A stretch of 64,000 bases of DNA from Marsupella aquatica (Eukaryota; Plantae; Marchantiophyta). The notes under the pieces were generated by a model that did not search any database, was not told where the DNA came from, and saw only the letters and a list, made by a program, of their open reading frames with translations. This document shows, piece by piece, positions 53,607 through 64,000 of this stretch. Positions within the stretch are counted from its first letter, which is position 1; each line of letters begins with the position of its first letter. The position numbers and the translations under genes are program-made. Where the stretch lies: positions 19,456,754 through 19,520,753 of the forward strand of contig OZ316896.1 of the NCBI GenBank assembly GCA_973895155.1, given 5' to 3'.

Positions 53607-56600
53607 TCAGCACCCATCAAGTCCGGGTTCTGCTGCAATGCTTGACGCAAGGCATACATTGCACCCATGTGATCTCCTGCGCCATACTACTTCCGTAAGG
53701 TCGTTCGAGCACTCCATTCCTTGCTCATGCTCGCAGTGTGGCATCTTCTTGGTGACAACAACTGTGCAAGGTGGGCAATCTTCGGATCCATGACATCGAA
53801 AATTGCAGAAGTGATGACAATCATCGTGCTGCCTCAAGCAAGGCTTGGCACAAAGGATCAGATCGTGGGATCCGGGATGGCAACGCCTTGGACAAACATG
53901 CCCACAAGCCAATTGCAGCTCACACGGTAAACTGCAACCTCCATCTTCTACCTGCTTAAAATCCTCCGCTGATGTAATCCTCGTGATGATGTCAGGATGG
54001 TTTTGACAGTACAATTCCAATTGTGGGCCGAGCTCTCCACTGTTCCGCAGACGTGTTGCCACATCTTTCCATAATATGCTCTTCTCGGCGAGGAGATCGG
54101 CGTTCCCGAAGATGAATAGACCCTTTCTTGCCCTCGTCAAGGCCACACATATCTTATTGGACATATTCAAAAATCCGACCTTTCCTCCGTCTTCCTTGGT
54201 GACAATGGAATTGCTTGAACTCGCAAGTGACAAGATTATAATGTCGCTCTCTTCACCTTGATACTCATCGACGCCGTTCACACGAGGAAGAAGATTGATA
54301 TCTTCTCCTCCTGGATCTTGGCACGACTGAGCTCCCATTGCGTTCACATAAACCGTGCTGAGAATCCTTGGGTGAAGAAGAGTCTTTATCTCTTGCAACT
54401 GACCCGTGTACATGGCAAGTATGGCAATGTTCTCCGGTCTATAGCAGCCTTGCTTCAAAAGGTACAAACAGAGCTCCACAACCAGCTTAGCCTCTGTAGA
54501 ATAATTCCCACTGTCTGAATCTTCCTCTGCCTTATGATCAAAGAAGTAGACATTAGAGTTCATTCCTAACACATCTTCGTACTGCCCTACTGACTCGTGA
54601 TCTCTCAATCCGGGATAGAGACTTCCCACTAATTTCGAGATGTTTGGCCTCATTCTGCGTTGCTCTTGCAGGGTGACGTGCTCCACACCACTCCTGACGA
54701 GACGTTCAAACATAGACATGTCTAATTTGTTCTTTATGGCTAGCTCGTCGACTGACACTATTGGTCGTAGCTGCAAATGGTCGCCAATCAAAATGAGGTG
54801 CTTAACGGAAGGGCTGATGCAAGCCAAAATATGCCCTTCAAGAGCTTCTGCCGCTTCCTCGACGATGACAATCTCGGGCTTCAAGGACTTCAGCACGTCA
54901 TAGTGCTTGGCAGCTGCTGATGTGGTCATCCCAACCACCTTCGCCATCCGCAACATGGAAAGTTTCATCTCATCACATACTTCCTTGACGCCCTTGCAAG
55001 CCTCCTCGTATTGTTTTGTCAGCATCCTCAACTCCTGTTGCTGGAGCTTCCGTTCCTGTTCCAGCCAATGCTCGTGCAATATCATTCGTTGCGGCAGAGT
55101 CAACTGCCACACATTTGGAGCCAAGCGAACCCCTTCTTCTATGGGACCTCCATCTGCAGAGTTGGTGACGTTCTGATCTGGGTTGTGGTCATGAACCTGC
55201 CCTTCATCTGCAATGTCAAGCCGAGTCCGACCATTCCTCACATCAGGATCCTCGTCTGGCTCAAGCCATGCACCCAGGAAGGAACCCGGACGTCTTCGTC
55301 TACAGACTTCCATCCACTCCCGGTCTTCATAAGCCTCGGACTTTGGCAGGAGCTTTATTGAGCCCCTCGACCGCTTCTCAGCAGTTGACTCCCAAAAGTC
55401 GTCTGACGAATGATCGTCCACAATGTGCTGAGCCAAGTGGGGATCCGTTCAGTCAGCCATAATTTTACAATATTTGTTGATGACCTGTTGTTTGCTTGAT
55501 CTATACAGAACAAACTCTGCCTCTGCTCCCAAGTGGCAATTCTATCGAGCATCGAATGTGTAACTAGTTTGACCCCTATCGCATCAATGCAGTTGTGAAT
55601 CTTGGATTCTAACAGGGCTTTGTCACGACTTCCTCTGCCAAAGAGACGTTGGTGGCTGCTGTTCTCTCCCCGATCCGTTCTTTGCTGTTTGAGAAGACTC
55701 TGCAAAGTATTATTTTTTAATATCTCGCTCTTGCCTTGTCTACCAATGCGGATTAGCTGCCTCTCTCCATCTCGGAATATACCTTCCAGGAATTGATCTA
55801 AGGCATGATTGGAGTAGCAAATGACAAGAATTGGGCCAGTCAACTCACAACCTTCTTCGTTTCGCTTAGCCCACGTCTGGCCTGGGCTCTGGTTGAGGTT
55901 GGCGAGCAAGATCTTCACGAGGAGGAGCCCCAGAAAAGTCTTCCCTGTCCCAGGAGGCCCTTGAATAATGGCCAACTCCTTTGTCAACCCTTGTTTCAAA
56001 GCATCCTGCTGAATTCTGTCCATAGAATCTGTCCAGCCGCTCGGCCATTCAGACTGTGTAATTCGAATGCATGTCTTACCGAGCTTTTTGCGAATGTCAG
56101 GGAACGCACAGCTGAAATCGTACTCATCGCCACCCTTTCTCCGCTGCAAGTATGACGGTGGGCTCACACTTGGCTCCAAGTGAAGCAGATACGGAGTGAA
56201 GGGGATATTTTCCATCACTTGTCGCTGCAACGTGCTCAGTACCGAACAGGATGCTTCGAAATAGGAAGCATTTGCCTCTACCATGACATATGCGTCGGTG
56301 GAAGCCCTGCCTGTCTCGAGTCCTTCTGTGAATTTGGCGTCACTCTCGCCAATGATACGAAAACCGATCAGCCCTTGTGCTAGTTCCTTCACATCTCTCC
56401 GACCTACAACTGCCAAGAAAAAGGTTTCGAACCCGTCTGACGAAATGCACAGAAGAGCGCCAAACATTAACTTCTTGGACAAAACCCAGCTTTCTGGGGT
56501 CTTCTCACTGGCAGAAACGTGGAAAGATACAACGAATTCCACTCCCTCATCGCCGCATCGGATTCCAGCAAGCTGCACTCGTGGATAGATTCTCAAGTTC

Positions 56601-58320
56601 AAACTAGCACTAGTTTCGGAATCCTTAGCATTACCATTTGTATTCTTGTGAGTGTTACGATATGTCTTGATTGCGTCGCGGAGGGGATCAATACAGTCTT
56701 CTCTTAGAAGCCGGAAATGACTTTCCAGGTAATCACTGACTCTTGAATGTTGAATACCGATGCCAATCACAGGTAGGTTCTGTTTGCTTTGGAATTCTAC
56801 AAGTTCTTCTTTACCAGGCACGATTGATATTTTTCGGAAGTCTTCTTCCTGCAACCATAAGCCGGCTTGACCAGTTATAATATCGCTTCCTCTGAGCCCC
56901 AAATTTAAAGTAGATTCTCAGTGCTACAAATTAAGACCGGGTGATACACTCCAGCCCATCTTCTATATAAGTACATAAAAATTGGGGAAAGAGCCGAAAT
57001 TTGTTCAGTCGATCATACGGTTAGCGTTTTTCACATATATAATGCATTGATGCATATATACTACTGCTATCCTTTCTTCCAATGGATCTGCTAATTAAAC
57101 GATCATGGGAATTGTGTGATGTAGTGAATACAAACCTGAACGTGTTGCTGCTTCGTTTGGGAGACAGCCAGAAATCTTTGGAGACGACTCACAATCGCCA
57201 AGAGATCATTTTTGGCGGTGCTTTCTTCCAACTTAGAAACAACGATCTTGAGCGCAATGACTGGAGCATCTTTCCATCCTTCGATGGTACGCGACTGCAG
57301 CTCCTCTGTCAATGTCAGATACGGCCTTACGTCTTGCGGCTCCAGAGTCGGCATCATTCCTAGATGAGATTCTATATGATCATTCAGTTGCAACAAGAAC
57401 GGCGACCCGGTGAGAATTTCGTAGATTCTGTTGGTCTGCTGCCGAAGCAAGCTTGTTCTAATTTCCTCGCGAGCCAGAAGCTTCACGAAGAGTGCGATAG
57501 TCTTGTGGGGAACGTTTGTTTGATTGACAAACTTAGAAAGCATCGGATAGCCATAATCTCCTCCGCTAAGGTATTCGATGTTGGTTGGAGAGTCTAATTC
57601 AGCCTGCTTCACCCAGCAACTGTAGTCCGCCTCCTGCCGTAATACAGACCAGTCTTGCTGGTCTGGAGGCTGGTCTGGGTTTCCAGCTCGAAAAACAGGA
57701 TGGCCGACGAGTGGAGATAGTCTACCCTGTGATCGTGACCCTCTCCAGACTGGTCGTTGTACCTCAACAGTGGTAGAATCCATTGTTCCCGCATGAGAAT
57801 TTAAGGGAAACCAATTTTGACGCGCAAGTTTGGCAGGATCATGGGCATATCGACAACCCTCGCCGTGTCTGCAAAATCCGGATTGAAAGTTTCGGCACTG
57901 AGTCATTTTCCTGTACATATCTATAGTTGCTTTGTCGGACTGAAGACTTGTAGAAATTCTTGGTGATCGATTGGAAGGTATTTGAGTGGCAGGAGAGGCT
58001 ATCGGAATGACATCGATGCAGAAATCAACATTCTCATACTCTAATAATTCCATGGCATCCAGATCGTCGTCACTTTCCAGGGTAATGTAGTCTCCCACGG
58101 TATCTTTGCACTTGATTGTCAACAGGTGGGTCGGTGAAAATACACCTGTTGTCCTTGGAGGACGGTCCACCATTTCTTCAATCTCCGGAAAGTGTTTGAA
58201 GATGAGCTTCCTCAAATTCTTCATTGACGAGACACTCGTATCGACTGCCTTGTCCAGCTTTGCTAGCTTGCATTGGGCCCGAAACACAAGCTTCACTCGA
58301 ATGAAAGTATCCTTATCCAT
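53607..58320 (-). CDS. ZNFX1/Hrr1-like UPF1-family (SF1) RNA helicase with N-terminal PB1 and CCCH domains and C-terminal NF-X1 zinc fingers. Exon 1 58320-57136; exon 2 from 56848; reading-frame break at ~55355-55506 (intron or frameshift)
   Basis: ZNFX1 signature DFR.ISIVP...YLESHFRLLRED. Helicase motifs IIQGPPGTGKT, CYSNHALDQFLE, GMTT, IVEEAAE, IGDHLQLRP, SMFERL, QRRMRP, VDEYQGEE, CVALTRAR. These are followed by LYCQNHP and GGCSLPC...LACGHVC...CH fingers. Intron 1 is CAG|GTTTGT...TTGCAG|GAA, phase 0. Confidence 0.88.
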
Positions 58321-61300
58321 CGCTGTCACTCAAGTCAGCTATAGCATTTACAATTTTTCTATCTGATGACAAGATGTTTACCCTAGATCTGGATTACACT
58401 CAAGATTTATAGAGTTTAAGCTAGGTCCAACGCTGCTGCATGAAATTGGTAGCCAACAAGAGATTGAAACCCAGCTTAAATATAGGTGTTTGATAGAACT
58501 CTCTGGCTCAGACACCAGAGCGCGCCGCGCGCCCATCCCCTGGGCTCTTTTCAATATACTCATCTGAAGCCTAGAGAATGGACGCTTAGACTTCACACAT
58601 GCTACGTAGTAGTGGAGAGGATCAACGCAACTGGAACATAACGTCAAGTAACACAGCGTTGAAGGCTAGGTGGAATGTACGTCCTCAGGCTCAGTGTCTG
58701 AGGTCAAGTTCAGAAGTATCATCTAATAATTTCGATCCAGACTGCAATTTCAAAGTACCACATATCAAAGTACAGCATTTCAGTGAGAAGAAATTGGAAG
58801 AGGTGATTGACGTCTGCCATAGCATAGGAGTGAGAGCGATAGTCACTCCGGTTTCATGTACTACATACTTCAGTGGAACCAGACACCTGCGATTAGTACT
58901 CGTGCAAGATATCTAATCACTAATCTTACGATCTAGATGGACGAAATCCAAGATGGAGTACTGCAGAGAAAACGATAGACAAGAAGAAAGCAACCCTCAC
59001 GCATGACGGCGGAGTCATTGTCGATCAGTTCCAATTCAAGCTTGGCGCCGGCATTAGGAATTGAAAGAGTACAGTAGTGAGTAGGAGTGATGGTCATTCC
59101 AGCTAGTGGTGGCGTACGCATTAAAGAAAGAGTAGTGAGTGCCTCCATCTATTCTGCTAAGATTCTACGGATTCCGCCGAAAATGACAAGAGGTTTGGGA
59201 GTCATATCGACCGGTCTCTCATTGGCAACATGGGTTTGTTCACAATTTGTTCACCGGTTGTTCACAACTGAGAAGGAAACCACTCATCTTCTCCGAGCTA
59301 CTGGGGCATTTTCCATTTCTGGTCCAGCAGCTCCGCGTCAGCACATAGATATAAAGAACGAATCCTTGCTCATGAACTAAGCAAATCGATATAATAATTA
59401 CGTTGCTGCTATAAACAATATGAAATTCAACTTTTGCCTATCTTGATTATCCATCTTTTCCTTGCCTGTATCTCAACAATTCTTTTTCCTTTCAACCCAA
59501 ATTTTTGAATATACTTCATGTATGGATCCACCTAAATGCTTACTTACAAATGGTCATATTTATGTGAACACAGGAACGAAAAACTTCCGACTCGCACTAA
59601 CCGCTGGGCATCTGAGGTCCACATGCAGGATGCCAATCTGCCAAAATTGGACCATTAAAAGAAATTTCATGACAAAGTACAGTACTGCTGGAAGGCAGAC
59701 AAAGTCTATCACGCCCTCGCCCAGGAACTGGAGTGATTGCCACTCCTGCATTTTCACGCCGGGCCTCTACTCTTTCAAAGTGACTGGTACTCTCGAAGTA
59801 CATTCACACACTAAAACATAATTGATCTTCGACGATCATTGCATTTCAGTCGGAGTTCGTGTCATTGGCAGTCAGTTTCTCTCGTTGGTGCCAACTCGAG
59901 ACGTCGTTGTCTCAATTTGTTACTGTTTATTAGTATCTTATGTTATACTGAAATTAGCTCCATATTAGTGCGTTTTACAAGAGGGGATGTTGCTGTGTAA
60001 AAGATTGTCTATACTCAAAATATGTCAATCCATAAAAGACTTCCATGCAAATCAATGTCCTTGAGTAAAAGAGGTCATTGCCTAAAAGAGGGCGCTATGG
60101 AGAAGATCTCGTTGATGTAAACGCGTACAAAGCTCATACCTCTATATGCATCTTTAAATAGTATATTAAAGGTAGGGGTTTTGCCAATCACGGAACAAGT
60201 TACTTGTACACGACACTTACATTTATTAACAATATATGTTTGAGATGCTACCGTACAGCGTCCTTCCAGCATTCTTTTAAGTGGCACAAATTTGTTAGAT
60301 TCCACCTCGACAAAAAAGTCTTTGGTGCTTTTGGTAAACATTCACCGGGTTTTTTTGTCTTCGGTTTGTCACTTTCTAACCTAGCCACATACCCTATTAT
60401 CCAGAATCTAATGGTTATCCTATCCAGGGAGATCTGTCGGTCAAAAATTAAGCTAGAAAATGTATATATCAATGGAAACGTCCTAGCATTTTCTCTTTCC
60501 CAGAGGATGACATTGGCCTCCAATGGTACTTGAAACTGCTGCTAATGCAAAATATTTCTTAGTCTTAGAAGCCTTGCAATTGTTTCAAGGTCACTCCATA
60601 TTTTCGACTCTACAATAAGACTGGCAGGAATTTTGGAAGGTCGTTTGGGAGGCAGCACAAGTAGGTTCCATATTGCATAAAAAATGATGTTGTTGCATAA
60701 AAAAAAATCATTTTACAGATTGAAGAGATTTTCATGTTAAATATTTCATTGCATAAAAGATGTAGTTATGCAAAACATGTTGTTTAAGAAAAGACATCTC
60801 CATGGACTATAAGACCTTCTATGAATAAGATGGTTCCTGTGCTGAGGTGCATACCCAAGTTAAGAGAAAAGATGAGTAGGGGTCCTGGGCAGGCATTTTG
60901 GGCAGAGGTCTATATGGGCTTCCATTAAAAAAATGGCAGAATGGCATTTGAGTTGAGGCCTCTGTATTACGTAGATGCTGCTCTTAGTAGGCCTCTGATT
61001 GATATTGCTCAAAGGTTTTGGCATCCCCTACTATTAGCTCGTTCTGTGACTTTTATCATTCTCACTTGCTGGTTATTGTTATTGGGCTACTGTTGCTGGT
61101 GATTGGCGACCTTATCAGTCTGTTGAAGTCAAATGACTTCTGTCCTCTTTTCCCTTAAGGACTTCTGCCTTTAATTTTGGGCCTGCTGGTTCCCCGCATC
61201 CCCGGGCGCATAATGAACTCCAATGTAAAATGAAAATATGGGAGATAGAATGGCCCACTTAACACCATAATCAAATGATTTCACTTTGGATTCCCCCACC

Positions 61301-63699
61301 CTCCCTCCCACCGTGCAGATTATTTTCCCGCCCCACCCTTGCATTGTTTAGAATCCCATGGTAAGGATGGCAGGGGAATTGCAAGGAAGTAAGGCTACCC
61401 TCTGGACTTGTCGTCAGGGCCAAATTTTGTCATAAGTATTCCAATTGTATTGAGATATTTGAGGGGAGTGGATTTAGATAACCTAGAATGGGGAAACTGG
61501 GCTATGAGGTATATTGCCTACTTAGAGAGGGGAGAACCCAGGCAGGCAAGCTATTTATATCCCGAGGCTCACAGTTTCTTCAGTATTACTGTAGCAAGTT
61601 GAGCTTTCATCAATAATTTGGAAGATAGTCAAAGATATCAGTTTCCTTTATTAATTGGCAGACAAATTGGAATTTTGTTTAATTATTTACTAGTAAAGAT
61701 AATTACTGCATATAAAACTCTGCATAAACACATACTATTTGCAAAATTCACCAGTTACATAGTTATGTAGTTTGCTGAAGCTGGAGCATTCCATTAATGG
61801 ATTGAGAAATAAATCTATGTTTTTTGATGCAAAGAAAAATTTTAATTCTAAACCTTCGATCAGCAGAAGAATCAGGATCAATATTAATATAAGTTTGAGC
61901 TTAAAGGGACAAACAAATGCTGAATATTAAGCCCAGATGAACCAAGGGGTTTGTTCTGCCCATTCCCATGGACTGCTTAGAGTCATCAGTCAATTCACAT
62001 TGGGAAAATAGTGTCCAATTGCTTTTGGAAGGAGGCCTCAAGTTTACTAATTAAGGACTCCTCAAGTAGTTTTTCTAGGCACCCCTACCAACTCTAAACA
62101 CCTGGAGTGGTCTTTTGGCAAACTTGCAGGCATTTATTTGCACAACTTTTGCATCTTTGTCAAAACTCAACATTTTCAAATATGTTCTCTGATGTCCCAC
62201 CTACTACCTCACAAAGTATGAAACTTTTCTGAGGTCATTTGCTCCATTTCAGACAAGTGCAAAAAGTAGTTCATGCATGACCAACCCAATTACCATTTTG
62301 GGGAATTTGTGGGCAATCATGAGGAACAACTTACCACCAGGTGAACAAAATAAGATCAGCTGCAAACAGACAGGGGCCCGTTTGATCATATTTCAGTCAA
62401 ATCCATAAAAGGTCCGGGTAAAAGGTGCACACTTCTTGTTGCAGCCATGAGTTTGTCATTCATTGCCGAAGTGTTGCCTTCCAAGAACTTTTGTCTTTCC
62501 TCTAGGCACTTTCTATGATTTTTCTTGAGTTATGCTTTTTCCTTCCTCCCTTGCTTGTGCATATTTTACTCATGAATTGCTATAATTTTCTTAGTCTAAG
62601 TCCCTTTCCACCACCCACGTGAGTCGGAGAGGGCCTGTAGTGTTTGACAGGCCCATAGAGGAGTCGGAGGAGGAGTTTGGAGTCAGGGTGATCAAGGGGG
62701 ATCGGCTGGCCACAGAGTCAGTTGTGAGGACAGGGCTGGGCAAGGGAGGCAAGAGTGGGAATTTTCAGAAAATAATCAATATTTGAAAAACCAACCCAAA
62801 AACCATTCAACAACCTGGATTTTGTGCAGTATAGTCATGAGGTAACTACAACAATGCTTTTCCAAAGGCAAAAGCCCCAGCAAAAGCTTCTCTTTTTGGG
62901 TTTTTTTAAAAGGGGGAGGCGTAGAGACCAAACAATGTTAGGTAAGGAGACAAAGGCCACCCAAGAAAAAAGAACAGAAAGGACCCTAGGCACAGAGGCC
63001 GCACACACGTGGCCAAAAAATCTATATAACGGCCACACTGATACACTCTTCACTATAATGTGGGTACTACTGTCTATTTAACACTTCTGCAATGACAACC
63101 TGAAACTGTTTGTGTGCTGTTTTTGTGCTAACAACACTTCCAAAATGACAACCTGACATGGTGTGTGTGCTAACTGTAGGGTCTCAAAGCTTCAAAGTAA
63201 GTTGCAGGCAGGGTTGCGGGTGATGGTTTTTGACCATATAAGGGCCATAAACAAATGGCCATTAATATCCTGTTCACAGGGTATGTAACTAGGAGCTTTT
63301 TCTGTTCGGATCTGAACTACTAAGTTAAATTAGGTCCATCAAATCTTGAGTTTTGAGATCCTCGAGTAACACTTTTGCAATGATAACCCAAAAACTTTGA
63401 CACAAACACAATGAGGATTGTGTTGCCAATGGGCTTGCTTGTGTAGTGTAATTAGTTCAAAGACCCATGATTGCTTATGTAAGTTTCAAGATTGTTAGAG
63501 TAGATATATGAGAAGTAAGTTGCATATACTGGAATAGGCCCGGGAATAGGTTTGTATATGAAGATGAGACTGAGGAAAAAAGGGAGGAAAAAAAGGGTAA
63601 ACTTATCATGGTAAGAGTACAACCAACACTGTCTTTCCCTTGATTTTCTACTCCTATGCCTATATAGTCCATCTAACATTCATTTCCATAAAATTCATA

Positions 63700-63905
63700 T
63701 AAATTTTACAGTAGCCGAAGGGTTTTTGATGTTCTTTGTATTCCTTTGTCCATAGTAGCCAAAGGATTTCTTATGTTCCGGCTTTGTCCATGGTAGCCAA
63801 AGGGTTTCCGATGCTCCCTTCATATTCTTTTGTCCATAGTAGCCCAATAAGTTTTTATGTTCACTTGGTATTCCTTTGTCCATGGTAGTCAATGGGTTTC
63901 TCATG
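63700..63905. repeat. ~35-45 bp imperfect tandem repeat
   Basis: Repeated TTTGTCCAT(A/G)GTAG(C/T)C(A/C)A. Confidence 0.75.
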
Positions 63906-64000
63906 TTATGTAAATGTTAGAGTAGTTGAATAGTTTCTTTTTATCCAAGGTTGTTTCAAAATATTGTCAGTTAAATTAAAAATTCATATAATTTACTGAA

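Noticed and set aside
55355-55450. Programmed -1 ribosomal frameshift in the helicase
   Set aside because: No canonical X XXY YYZ slippery heptamer in the overlap. The closest, T TTT GGG, does not fit.
58378-60533. Short ORFs upstream of the helicase as extra exons or genes
   Set aside because: No recognisable domains or consistent splice pattern, and the PB1 domain already begins right after the ATG at 58320.

Overview
This is eukaryotic, intron-containing plant DNA. The gene content points to a non-seed land plant, most likely a liverwort or other bryophyte (inference). Four protein-coding loci are supported. (1) An intronless type III polyketide synthase of the CHS/stilbenecarboxylate synthase type (8799-9956, +), followed by an internally deleted pseudogene copy (~13.14-13.54 kb). 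(2) A 5-exon GT37 xyloglucan-type fucosyltransferase (25362-16572, -) whose 4.6-kb intron carries a near-perfect 3x210-bp tandem repeat. (3) A 2-exon early light-induced protein (ELIP; 50838-51880, +) with paired ABRE motifs and a small Helitron upstream. (4) The most unusual locus: a ZNFX1/Hrr1-type SF1 RNA helicase (58320-53607, -) with an N-terminal PB1 domain and CCCH zinc finger, a frame break near 55.4 kb, and a short NF-X1 finger tail. The rest is non-coding and holds TE remnants (RLE-type LINE fragment, long-TIR element, tRNA-like SINE heads) and many short tandem duplications. Nearly all short ORFs in the ORF track are judged spurious. No rRNA, intact tRNA or CRISPR array was seen.
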